DNA of 64,000 nt from an uncultured bacterium (GCA_963732385.1 CAVSZB010000007.1:288001-352000); one strand, 5' to 3'. Numbered from the stretch's first letter, positions 41,137 through 49,853 are shown. Numbers and translations: made by a program. The notes: generated by a model not told the origin, from the letters alone.

Positions 41137-42093
41137 ATGGGGAAGGAACGGACGCGGATGCACGGCCTCATGGTGGGGATCCTGGTCCTGGCCTGGCTGG
41201 GCGCGGGGACCACCCTGGCCCAGGATGTCTCCGGTTACCGGCTCGGCATCGGCGATCAGTTACAATTGAGCGTGCTCCAGCAGGCCGATCTGGACCGTGC
41301 GATCGTCGTGCGACCGGACGGTTCCGTCATCGTGCCGCTGGTGGGCGCGGTGCCGGTCGCGGGACTCACGATCAGCGACGCCGAGGAGTCGATCCGCCAG
41401 AAACTGCGCCTGTTCAACCGCGAAATCAGCGACGTGTCGCTCACCGTCACGCAGTTCAACGCCCTGCGGATCGCGGTGCTCGGCGCCGTGGCGAATGCGG
41501 GCGAATATACGTTCCAGAAACCTCCCGGATTGTGGGAGGCAGTGCGCGCCGCGGGCGGCGCTCTGGGCACCGCGAATCTCGCGGCCGTGCGCGTGGTTCG
41601 CGTGGAGGGCGGGCAGGTGCGCGCCCGGTTCTACGACATCTCCGCGATCATGACCGGCGAGGGCAGCGTCGATGCCTCAGTTCTGCAGGCCGGTGATTCG
41701 GTCGTGGTGCCGACGCTGGAGGAAACGGCGGCTTCCCCGACCGGCAACGCCGTGCAGGTCATTGGCGGCGTCGTCCGCCCGGGCAGCCTGCCGCTGAGCG
41801 AACCACTCCCGCTGGTGTCGGTTCTGCTGCTGGCGGGGGGGCCGGTCGAGGCCGGTGATCTGTCCAGCGTCTGGTGGGTCCATAGCGAGGCTGGTGGCCG
41901 CAATCGCGCGACTCGCGTTGACATGAACGCCTTTTTCAAGCGGGGCCGTGTCGTGGGGAACCCGCTCGTCCATCCGGGCGACACCGTCCGGGTGCCGTAC
42001 GCCGGGCAGGGTTTTTTCCGCAGCGTGTGGCCTATCCTGCTCAGCACGGCCACCGTTACCACCGCGGTGTTGCTGGGCACGAATCGCAACTGA
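41137..42093 (+). CDS. Polysaccharide biosynthesis/export protein (Wza-like, SLBB domains)
   Basis: 'YRLGIGDQL...VRPDG...PLVG', repeated SLBB 'VLGAV..AG'/'VIGGVVRPG'; GGAGGT RBS. Confidence 0.85.
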   Translation: MGKERTRMHGLMVGILVLAWLGAGTTLAQDVSGYRLGIGDQLQLSVLQQADLDRAIVVRPDGSVIVPLVGAVPVAGLTISDAEESIRQKLRLFNREISDVSLTVTQFNALRIAVLGAVANAGEYTFQKPPGLWEAVRAAGGALGTANLAAVRVVRVEGGQVRARFYDISAIMTGEGSVDASVLQAGDSVVVPTLEETAASPTGNAVQVIGGVVRPGSLPLSEPLPLVSVLLLAGGPVEAGDLSSVWWVHSEAGGRNRATRVDMNAFFKRGRVVGNPLVHPGDTVRVPYAGQGFFRSVWPILLSTATVTTAVLLGTNRN

Positions 42094-42096
42094 GTC

Positions 42097-43083
42097 CTAA
42101 GGCGCGGGCGTGTCGGGTGCGGTCGCGACCGGCGACCGCTCCAGGAACATCCGGCGCCGGCCCAGGAAAACCGCCATCCCGATTGCCACCGCCAGCCACA
42201 GGGTCGCCAGCCGCACCACCAGCGCGGCAGCCACCGCGGTCCCGCCCGCCAGACCGGCGGCGCCAAGCAGGAAGATGATCGTGCCCTCCGTCCCGCCCAG
42301 GCCTCCAGGCAGGAAGATGAGCGATCCGGCCAGGGTGGCGATCGCGTAGACGAAGGTGGCGGTGAGTGGCGACACGGGTGCGTTCAGACTGCCGCAGACG
42401 AACCAGAGGCTGAGACACTCCGCGGCCCAGGCAATCAGACTGAGAACGAAGGCAGCCGCGGCGGTGTGGACCGTGGAGAGCCGCTGGAGGGCGTCGAGCG
42501 CCTCGCCGAGCGCCGCGCGGCAGGCCTGCAACCGGGGGGCACGGGTGGCGACGGCGAGCAATCGGGCCTGCAGGCGACGTGAGCGGAGCGACAACAGCAA
42601 CAGCAGGATCATGGTGGCGACCGCCAGGCTGGGCCGCAGACCGGCCAGCGGCCCGTGCCAGGCGGCGAGTCCGGCTCCGGCCAGGGCGAGGACCGCCAGA
42701 AAGTCGAGCACCCGCTCCGCGATGAGGATGGGGATCCCGGTCGACAGGGGAACACCGTGCTTCTCCCGGAGATAACCGGCCTTGTACAGCTCGCCCACCT
42801 TGCCGGGCGTCACGACCATGGCGAAGGTCGCCAGGAACAGGGCCAGGCTCTCCCCGAAGCCGAGAGGGACCCGCAGGCTGCGGCGATAGAGTTCCCAGCG
42901 CCAGAACCGCAGAGCATAATTGAAGAGCGAGAGGCCGACGAGGGTCGGGATGAGCGAGGGCGAGAGGTGTGACAGGGCGCGTCGCGTATCGTTCCAGCCG
43001 GCGGTCAGAGTGATCAGCAAATAGAGGAGGGCCGCGCCTGCCACGATCACGAACGCTTTCCCCAACCGGCTTGATTCGGACAT
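42097..43083 (-). CDS. Lysylphosphatidylglycerol-synthase TM / flippase-like membrane protein
   Basis: 'LRFWRW', 'TPGKVGE', 'ERVLD', 'PGGLGGTE', 'RLATLW'. Confidence 0.85.
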   Translation of the reverse strand: MSESSRLGKAFVIVAGAALLYLLITLTAGWNDTRRALSHLSPSLIPTLVGLSLFNYALRFWRWELYRRSLRVPLGFGESLALFLATFAMVVTPGKVGELYKAGYLREKHGVPLSTGIPILIAERVLDFLAVLALAGAGLAAWHGPLAGLRPSLAVATMILLLLLSLRSRRLQARLLAVATRAPRLQACRAALGEALDALQRLSTVHTAAAAFVLSLIAWAAECLSLWFVCGSLNAPVSPLTATFVYAIATLAGSLIFLPGGLGGTEGTIIFLLGAAGLAGGTAVAAALVVRLATLWLAVAIGMAVFLGRRRMFLERSPVATAPDTPAP

Positions 43084-43384
43084 CGATTTTCCTCACCGTT
43101 CGGAATCATGCCCGGTCGGGCCCCGGGCAGACATCTGATTTTGAGAAGCGTTTTGCATATGAAACGCATTATTTTGGTTGCGAACAGACCCAATATATAG
43201 TACAATTTGCAGCCATGGTCATCCAGGAGGAAGGGGACCTCCTGAATATTTGACCGAGGTTCACTTGGGGTTTCATCAGTGGATTTGCGAAGCTGAACGC
43301 TGGCAGTCGTTTAGATGAATGCTTTTGTCAGGGAAAATACAAGACGATATCAGATCAACTTACACAGCAAGGATATCCTCGCCG

Positions 43385-44203
43385 ATGCCTCGCAATGAAG
43401 AATCGAAAATCTCCGCGTTCGAAGAGCGAACGGTCCTCAGCACAGGCGGTCCCGGGAGCGAAGGCAATATCCTTCGTCTTCCCTATTTCGCGCAGCCGCG
43501 GCCTGAAGCATCAGTGGCGACTCTGGCCGAGTATCTGGCCGCGAACCGAAGTAGTCCGGTGGCTCTGCTCTGGAAACGGGCCGTAGATGTCACCGTGGCA
43601 CTGCTAGCTCTCTCTTGCTTCATCGCGCTGCTTCCGCTCATCGCCTTGGCGATCAGGCTCGATTCGCGCGGTCCGATTTTCTATTCGCAGACGCGGATCG
43701 GGATCAACCGTCGCCGTCGGCGCGTGGGTGGCTATGGCGAAGTGGATCAGCGCAAGGTGGTTCAGCCGGGGCGGCCGTTCCGCATCCTTAAACTGCGGAC
43801 CATGCGAGTCGATGCCGAGCAGAACGGACCGCAGTGGGCCGCCCGGAACGATAACCGGATCACCCGCGTGGGGCGTTTTTTGCGCCAGACCCGTCTGGAT
43901 GAGGTGCCGCAGTTCACAAATGTCCTGCGCGGGGAGATGAGTCTGATCGGCCCGCGCCCCGAGCGGCTCTGCTTCATCCACAAGCTCGAGAAGGAGGTTC
44001 CGAACTATCGGGACCGGCTGCTCGTGCTGCCCGGCATCACCGGTCTCGCCCAGGTCATCAATGGCTATGACGACAGTACCGATTCGGTGCGGCGCAAGGT
44101 CGAACTGGATCGACAGTACATCCGCAGTCTCAGCCTCTGGACCGACCTGCGCATCATCGCTCACACCGTGCGGGTCGTTTTGACCGGTGAGGGCGCCGCC
44201 TGA
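43385..44203 (+). CDS. Priming sugar transferase (bacterial sugar transferase family)
   Basis: 'KRAVD', 'KLRTM', 'RLDEVPQ', 'IGPRPER', 'PGITGLAQV'; start uncertain (alternative 43319). Confidence 0.9.
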   Translation: MPRNEESKISAFEERTVLSTGGPGSEGNILRLPYFAQPRPEASVATLAEYLAANRSSPVALLWKRAVDVTVALLALSCFIALLPLIALAIRLDSRGPIFYSQTRIGINRRRRRVGGYGEVDQRKVVQPGRPFRILKLRTMRVDAEQNGPQWAARNDNRITRVGRFLRQTRLDEVPQFTNVLRGEMSLIGPRPERLCFIHKLEKEVPNYRDRLLVLPGITGLAQVINGYDDSTDSVRRKVELDRQYIRSLSLWTDLRIIAHTVRVVLTGEGAA

Positions 44204-44231
44204 GCCGGACCGTCAGCGTTTTCGATCCCGC

Positions 44232-44264
44232 AGCCGTGGCGCCTCCGAGGCGCCGCGGCTTTTT
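44232..44264 (+). terminator. Intrinsic terminator
   Basis: AGCCGTGGCGCC-TCCGA-GGCGCCGCGGCT followed by TTTT. Confidence 0.7.
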
Positions 44265-44391
44265 CCGGGGGGCCAATTCCCTTGTCAGCCCGTCTTGTGC
44301 ACGGGATAATACGCGCGTTCGCGCAGTTCATCTCCAGCCGGCGGTCCGGCCTTGCGCCGGACCCGCTGTCTCCTGTGAGGACCGAGGACCC

Positions 44392-44931
44392 ATGATTTCA
44401 CCGACTGACGGTGGCCGGCGGCGACGGGCGGCTGGCGCCGGCCTGGGACTGCTCGCGGCGGGGTTGCTCGCATGGGGCGGCTGCGGGATCTACTCGACCA
44501 CTTCGGGGCGGCTGGACCCGACGCTGCGCCGGGTGGCGGTGCCATTCCTGGAGAACCAATCGACCGAGCCGAACATCGAGATAGAATTGACGGACGCCAT
44601 CGTGCGGGCGCTGCAGGACGACAACACCCTGAAGGTGACCGACGAGCCGCACGCCGACACGGTTTTGTCCGGCAAGGTGGTGCGTTACAAGCTCAAGGAG
44701 GCATTCGCGCGTGCGGATCTGCAGGTGGACGAGTACCAGGTGCAGATAATGGTGGAGTTGAGCCTCGTCAGGCGACTCACCAACGAACCGCTGTTCGCCA
44801 AGCGACGACTGACCGGCACCGGCAACTTCATCCTGAACGATCCGAACGGAAGCACGGAGCGCACGGCGCGGACCCAGGCCGCCGCGGAGATCGTGCGTCA
44901 ACTGGTGGCCCTGGTCGTGGAGGACTGGTGA
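44392..44931 (+). CDS. lptE: LPS assembly lipoprotein LptE family
   Basis: Lipobox 'GGC-GIYS', 'VAVPFLENQSTEP', C-terminal W; adjacent to holA. Confidence 0.75.
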   Translation: MISPTDGGRRRRAAGAGLGLLAAGLLAWGGCGIYSTTSGRLDPTLRRVAVPFLENQSTEPNIEIELTDAIVRALQDDNTLKVTDEPHADTVLSGKVVRYKLKEAFARADLQVDEYQVQIMVELSLVRRLTNEPLFAKRRLTGTGNFILNDPNGSTERTARTQAAAEIVRQLVALVVEDW

Positions 44932-44934
44932 AGC

Positions 44935-45972
44935 GTGAACGCGCGCGCGCTGAAGGGACGTGAGCCGGGATTCGGGGATCTGCGCGCCGAACTGAAGGCG
45001 CTGCAGATCCGGCCGGTCTACGTGATCGAGGGGGATGACCGCCACCGGGTCGAGGAGACCGTGCGGTGGTTGCGCGACAAGCTGCTGGACGCGGCGGCGC
45101 AGGCATTCAATTTCCATCTGCACGCCGGTGATGGCGCTGATCTCCGGATCGTCCTGCAGCAGGCGCGCAGCTACCCGATGCTCGCGGCGCGCCAGGTGAT
45201 CTGGGTGCGCGATTGCGACCGCTGTTCCCTGGCCGAGGGGCGTGAGGCGGCGTTGGAACGTTATCTCGCCGAACCGGTCCCCGAGACCGTGCTGATTTTG
45301 TCGGCCGAGAAGCTCGACGGGCGCCGTCGGTGGGTGAAGCTGGCGCGGGAGGGGGGAGGTTGGTATCGCTTCAACCCGCCGGAGGGGGCGGACCTGGTCA
45401 AATGGGCGCGTGCGACCGCCGAGCGCGAGGGGCTCGCCCTGGACCAGGATCTGGCCGCGGACCTGTGCGAGAGGGTGGGTAGCGATCTGCGCGCGCTCGG
45501 CGGAGAGATCGCCAAGCTGGCGCTGGCTGCGGGCGAGAAAGGTTCGTGCCTGAGCGCGGCGGAAGTGCGGGAACTGGTGTTGGCGCAACGCGACGTCGAT
45601 CCGTGGGAACTGGTGGGGGCGCTCTCCGGCCGCGACCCCACGACGGTTTTGCGGGTCTGGCGCCGCCTGGCCGGCGACGGCCACACGGCGCAGGAGGTCT
45701 TCCCGCTGCTTGTGTTCAAGATCCGCCAGTTGGCGCTGGCGGGCGCGCTGCTCGCCGAGGGGATGAACGAGGGCGCGGTGGCGAAGAGGGTCGGCCTCTG
45801 GGGCCGCTCGGCACCCGACGCCTGGAGGGTCATCCGTGAACTCGGGCCGATCGGCCTCGCCCGGGCGCTGGAGGCTTGTCGCAAGGCGGAGGGCGCGCTC
45901 AAGAGCAGTCCTCTCAAGCCGGAACTGATCTTCGAGAAGGCGTTGCTGGAAATCTGTGGCGGACCCGCGTAG
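44935..45972 (+). CDS. holA: DNA polymerase III subunit delta
   Basis: 'PVYVIEGDD', 'AFNF', 'SYPMLAARQV', 'VGSDL..L.GEIAKL', 'LKSS'. Confidence 0.85.
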   Translation: MNARALKGREPGFGDLRAELKALQIRPVYVIEGDDRHRVEETVRWLRDKLLDAAAQAFNFHLHAGDGADLRIVLQQARSYPMLAARQVIWVRDCDRCSLAEGREAALERYLAEPVPETVLILSAEKLDGRRRWVKLAREGGGWYRFNPPEGADLVKWARATAEREGLALDQDLAADLCERVGSDLRALGGEIAKLALAAGEKGSCLSAAEVRELVLAQRDVDPWELVGALSGRDPTTVLRVWRRLAGDGHTAQEVFPLLVFKIRQLALAGALLAEGMNEGAVAKRVGLWGRSAPDAWRVIRELGPIGLARALEACRKAEGALKSSPLKPELIFEKALLEICGGPA

Positions 45973-46029
45973 ACTGCCGCCGGCGAAGACCGACAACCCG
46001 CAACCCGAACGCGGCAGAAAGGACGGGCC

Positions 46030-46356
46030 ATGTCCGGTCCCCTGATGGAGCTGGCTGACGCCGACTTCGGCGCCAAGGTGCTCAAGAGTGAACTCCCGGT
46101 GCTGGTTGATTTCTGGGCGCCGTGGTGCGGCCCGTGCAAGCTGCTGGCGCCGGTACTCGAGGAACTGGCCGGTGAGCTGGCCGGCCGACTCGTCATCGGC
46201 AAGCTGGACATCATGCAGCAACAGCAGACCGCCGCCACCTATGGCATCCGTTCGATCCCGGCGCTCCTGTTATTCAAGCAGGGGCAGGTCGCCGACACGA
46301 TCGTCGGGAACATGCCGAAGCAGAAGCTCCGGGATCGCCTGCTGAAGGCGCTGTGA
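46030..46356 (+). CDS. trxA: Thioredoxin
   Basis: 'VLVDFWAPWCGPCK', 'YGIRSIP'. Confidence 0.97.
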   Translation: MSGPLMELADADFGAKVLKSELPVLVDFWAPWCGPCKLLAPVLEELAGELAGRLVIGKLDIMQQQQTAATYGIRSIPALLLFKQGQVADTIVGNMPKQKLRDRLLKAL

Positions 46357-46360
46357 TCCG

Positions 46361-46636
46361 ATGAGCGCCGAACTGGTCGTCAACGCGCGTCATTTGTCCG
46401 GCGACGGGCCGCTGTGGATGCTGTACGAGGCGGCGGCTCGGGGACCCGGCGAGCGGCTGCGGCTCATCGTCAGCGACGAGCCTACTGCGCAGGCGGTGTT
46501 GCGGGCGCTGCACGGTTGTGGCCTGACGGCCAGTCTCGATCCGATCGGCGAGGAGTACCACGTGCTCTGTCACGCCGATCGCTCGGCGCGCGACGCCCTG
46601 CGGGGATGGCTCGATTCTCCGCCCGATTTGCGCTGA
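46361..46636 (+). CDS. TusA/SirA-like small protein lacking the CPxP cysteine
   Basis: By-eye alignment to TusA ('NARHLSGDGPL..PGERLRLIVSDEPT' versus 'DALGLRCPEPV..PGETLLIIADDPAT'). Confidence 0.55.
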   Translation: MSAELVVNARHLSGDGPLWMLYEAAARGPGERLRLIVSDEPTAQAVLRALHGCGLTASLDPIGEEYHVLCHADRSARDALRGWLDSPPDLR

Positions 46637-46676
46637 GAGGCGCGGTGGCAAGTGGCGGCGGCGGGGTTTCTCCCTA

Positions 46677-46704
46677 GCTTAACATAATATACATTATGCG
46701 CAAT
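46677..46704 (-). other. dif site (XerC/XerD chromosome dimer resolution)
   Basis: Minus strand ATTGCGCATAA-TGTATA-TTATGTTAAGC; 24 contiguous of 28 nt identical to E. coli dif; intergenic between convergent genes. Confidence 0.93.
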
Positions 46705-46780
46705 TCGATCTGCAACTCATTCCAGGGCTGCAGCCACGATTGTTGCCAGAGCGGCCCCACGAGCCCCGCTCCCCGCTACA

Positions 46781-47146
46781 TTATTGGGCGTGGATCGGCA
46801 CCTTGTCGGCGAATTCGTCCAGGAACGGAACACGCCATTCCTCGCCTGAGAGCGCCTTGACGAAGCCGATGACCGAGAGTCCGAGGCAGAGCAGGAAAAA
46901 CACGAGGTGCAGCAGGATCGAAACCAGAAGCCCAAGGATCGGGATCTGCCCTACCGTCTTGTCGATGACAGCGAGCACCAGGAAGATGACCACTTCCGCG
47001 AAGAATAGCGCGAACCCCTGCCGGCAGTGCCGAGCCAGGAATTCGCTGCGCGGTCGCGCGAAGATCGGCACCACGACCAGAAAATTCAAATAGCAGACCG
47101 CTCCGAGCCATCGGTCGTTGACGTACGCTTCCTTCTCCAAGGTCAA
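46781..47146 (-). CDS. DUF4870-like membrane protein
   Basis: 'GAVCYL', 'FLARHCRQG', 'KALSGEEWRVP'; three TM helices. Confidence 0.75.
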   Translation of the reverse strand: MTLEKEAYVNDRWLGAVCYLNFLVVVPIFARPRSEFLARHCRQGFALFFAEVVIFLVLAVIDKTVGQIPILGLLVSILLHLVFFLLCLGLSVIGFVKALSGEEWRVPFLDEFADKVPIHAQ

Positions 47147-47175
47147 CCTCCGGCTGCGACCCGGGCCGACCGAAA

Positions 47176-47865
47176 TCAGCCGGCCAGCGCCTTCAGCAGC
47201 TGGATGCGGTTTTCCAGATCGCGGGCCTCGAGGTCGAGAGCGCCGCTGTCGATTTCCTTCTGAAGCGTCGTCAGTAGATCCGCAGCGGCCCCCGGCTTGC
47301 CGTCGAGGCGGAGCAGGTCGGCCAGCAGCAGCGTGCCGTCGTAGCGCTCGCCAGCGCCGAGACCGGGCGTCTGCAGCAGATCGCGCACGGTTGTCTGGGC
47401 TTCCGGGAATCGCTTCATCGATCCGAGAACCGAAGCCTTCAGCAGACGCAGCGCATTCTTGAGACCCGCATCACCGCCATTGCCGGACAGGGCCTTGTCG
47501 ATCGTGTTCAGCGCCGCGTCGTTCTCGCCCAGGGCCGCCTGAGCCTGCGCCAGATCGAAATTGCCCTGCGCGGCGAACTTGTTGCCGCCGAAGTTGTCGC
47601 GCAAATCCTGAAGCGGCTGTTTCGCCGCCGCGAACGCCCCACGCTGCAGCAGCGATTCGCCCTGGAAAAGCAGGTAAGACGCCTTCTGCGCGGAGCGCGT
47701 CTGCCCCTGCTGCATGAAGCGTACACCGAATACGACCGCGATCACCACGAGCAGGCCGATGCCGACCCGGGAGTAATTCGCCTGGAGAAAATCGGTGGCG
47801 CGGGCCGTTCCCTCCATGAAGCTGTCGTGTTTGAGTTCCTTGCGCGTCAGCTTGTGGGTAGGCAC
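47176..47865 (-). CDS. YfgM-like TPR membrane-anchored protein
   Basis: 'LTRKELKHDSF', one TM helix, TPR helices; GTG start after AGGAG. Confidence 0.75.
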   Translation of the reverse strand: MPTHKLTRKELKHDSFMEGTARATDFLQANYSRVGIGLLVVIAVVFGVRFMQQGQTRSAQKASYLLFQGESLLQRGAFAAAKQPLQDLRDNFGGNKFAAQGNFDLAQAQAALGENDAALNTIDKALSGNGGDAGLKNALRLLKASVLGSMKRFPEAQTTVRDLLQTPGLGAGERYDGTLLLADLLRLDGKPGAAADLLTTLQKEIDSGALDLEARDLENRIQLLKALAG

Positions 47866-48048
47866 TCCAGGATCTCCTGTCACGTTTCGAAGGTAAGCCA
47901 ACAAAAGATTCATGCACCGTACGCGCCTGCGCGTCAGGTGCTGCGTGCGCGAATATAGATGAACAGGGCGGAAAATTCCACTACTGCGGCACCTTCGCTG
48001 GCAGACGGCGACATTGACAACGGAATGAGTCTTGATTATCGTGCCGCC

Positions 48049-48280
48049 ATCAGGGGACGGTGGCAAGCCTGTCGCATCGTGATCCCTCGGCTCTGGAGCC
48101 CGATTCGGATAATCTCTGCATGAGGGCCACTGCAGGGCGCTAGAGACACGTCACGCACGCGGGTTGCTCCGCCCCCTGATAAACAAGTATCTGTGACGGT
48201 GTCGCTCAAGATTTCTGGCGCCCTCTCCCTGAATCTTGACGATGTTTGCGAGGCGAGCCGCCCACGGGGGCGGCTCGCTG
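48049..48280 (+). ncRNA. Candidate novel structured non-coding RNA
   Basis: TTGACA-N17-TATCGT promoter (48014-48042); long 5'/3' stem, 8-bp hairpin, 11-bp long-range pairing, terminal GC hairpin; no credible ORF. Confidence 0.5.
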
Positions 48281-48287
48281 CGTTGGG

Positions 48288-48364
48288 TGGTGCCCCAGAC
48301 AGGACTCGAACCTGTGGCCCCAGGTTTAGGAAACCTGTGCTCTATCCACCTGAGCTACTGGGGC
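48288..48364 (-). tRNA. tRNA-Arg(CCT)
   Basis: Reverse complement GCCCCAG...CTGGGGC-ACCA, anticodon loop TTCCTAA. Confidence 0.96.
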
Positions 48365-48454
48365 AAGAGACTATAATTCAATAACTTGCGCACGTATGTT
48401 CAGAACGGACATCGCCCTTGGACGGTGGGTCCCTGCTCTCAATATGACGCGCCG

Positions 48455-48967
48455 TCAGTAATTGACAAGGGAAAAGACCTCGGCGCCTTTCAACTGCGCC
48501 CGACCCGCCAGCGCTTCCAGCTCCACCATGAACAACCAGGCGGTCACCACTCCCCCTTGCCGGACCACCAGTCGACCCGCGGCGGCTGCGGTGCCGCCGG
48601 TGGCGAGCAGGTCGTCCACGACCACCACCCGTTCGCCAGGGGCGAGTGCGTCGGCGTGCATCTGCAGTTCGGCCTCGCCGTACTCCAGCGCATAGCGCTC
48701 GGCGACCGTGGCCGCCGGGAGCTTGCCCGGCTTGCGCAGGATGATGAGCCCCTTGCCGAGCTCCGCCGCCAGCGGGGCCGCGAACAGGAATCCGCGCGAT
48801 TCGATGGCGGCGAACTTGTCGAAACGCAACGGAGTCAGCAGGTCGCGCAGCCCGGAGAGGGCCGCGCGAAACGCCGCGGGATCGGCCAGCACTGGCGTGA
48901 TGTCCTTGAACAGGATTCCCGGTTTAGGAAAATCCGGGACGTCGCGGATGATTTGCCGCAGATCCAT
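48455..48967 (-). CDS. apt: Adenine phosphoribosyltransferase
   Basis: 'PDFPKPGILFKDIT', 'ESRGF', 'RKPGKLP', 'VDDLLATGGT'. Confidence 0.98.
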   Translation of the reverse strand: MDLRQIIRDVPDFPKPGILFKDITPVLADPAAFRAALSGLRDLLTPLRFDKFAAIESRGFLFAAPLAAELGKGLIILRKPGKLPAATVAERYALEYGEAELQMHADALAPGERVVVVDDLLATGGTAAAAGRLVVRQGGVVTAWLFMVELEALAGRAQLKGAEVFSLVNY

Positions 48968-48982
48968 GCCCCTCCCCCTTGA

Positions 48983-49660
48983 TCAGCGCAACAGCCGCGT
49001 CGGGCGCACTGCCTGACGCCCCTCGCGTAATTCCACGTGCAGGTAGGGGCGCGGTCCCTCGTGCGGTTTGCCGACCCGGCCCAGCTCGTCGCCCCGCAGC
49101 ACGATCTCTCCGACCCGGCAGCGACTCGTGTCGGGCTCGACTGGCGCCAGCACCGTGGACCAGCCGGAGGCGTGCTCCAGGATGATGACCGTGCCGAACC
49201 CTTCCTGAGGGCCGCAGTAGCGCACCACGCCGGTGGCGGGCGCGTGCACGACGGCGCCCAGCGGGACGGCGACATCGATGCCGGTGTGTGGCACGTGCCC
49301 GCCCGAAAGCTGCCTGTGCGCACCGAACCCGCGCAAAACCGGGCCATGGCGGATGCCGAGCGGCCGCCGCCAGCGCAGGTCCGCCACCTTGAGGCGGCGC
49401 AGCGGATCCGTGATGCGCAACCGCTGGTCGGGGTGCAGCAAGGCGCCGATGACGGGGTTGTCGCGCAGCACCTGTTGCGCCGGCACGCCAAGCAGGCGGG
49501 CCACCTTCGCCACGGAGTCGCCTGGACGCACGGTATACCAGGCGGACGGCGCGGCGCCGCGAGCCGGCGAAAAGAGCAACAGCAGCACAGCCAGCAACAG
49601 CCCGCTGAGCAGCCGGCGGTCCGACAGGAGACGGATGGGCGTGCGCAGTCGCGTGATCAT
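48983..49660 (-). CDS. LysM + M23 peptidase (NlpD-like)
   Basis: LysM 'YTVRPGDSV', M23 'HTGIDV', 'YLHVELR'; start uncertain. Confidence 0.85.
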   Translation of the reverse strand: MITRLRTPIRLLSDRRLLSGLLLAVLLLLFSPARGAAPSAWYTVRPGDSVAKVARLLGVPAQQVLRDNPVIGALLHPDQRLRITDPLRRLKVADLRWRRPLGIRHGPVLRGFGAHRQLSGGHVPHTGIDVAVPLGAVVHAPATGVVRYCGPQEGFGTVIILEHASGWSTVLAPVEPDTSRCRVGEIVLRGDELGRVGKPHEGPRPYLHVELREGRQAVRPTRLLR

Positions 49661-49775
49661 GACCTCGCGTAACGGTTTCGACATCAGCGGTTCAGGTTGC
49701 CCGAGCCGTGCCCGCGATGCAAGACCGAAAAGACAAAGGGGCTCGCCCTGCGGCGGCCCCATGCGAGAAATAGTT

Positions 49776-49853
49776 TGGTCGGGGCGGAGAGATTTGAACT
49801 CTCGACTTCCTGGTCCCGAACCAGGCGCGCTAACCGGGCTGCGCTACGCCCCG
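49776..49853 (-). tRNA. tRNA-Pro(CGG)
   Basis: Reverse complement CGGGGCG...CGCCCCG-ACCA, anticodon loop TTCGGGA. Confidence 0.95.

Noticed and set aside
48120..48150. GCCACTG...GCTAGAGAC resembles parts of a cobalamin riboswitch
   Set aside because: The core GGGAA/CCCGCAACTGT/GGGAAG elements are missing and there is no downstream same-strand gene.
48193..48205. GTGACGGTGTCGC matches the matS consensus at 12 of 13 positions near the terminus
   Set aside because: Single imperfect copy; MatP/matS is known from certain Gammaproteobacteria. It is better read as a small hairpin of the candidate RNA, or chance.
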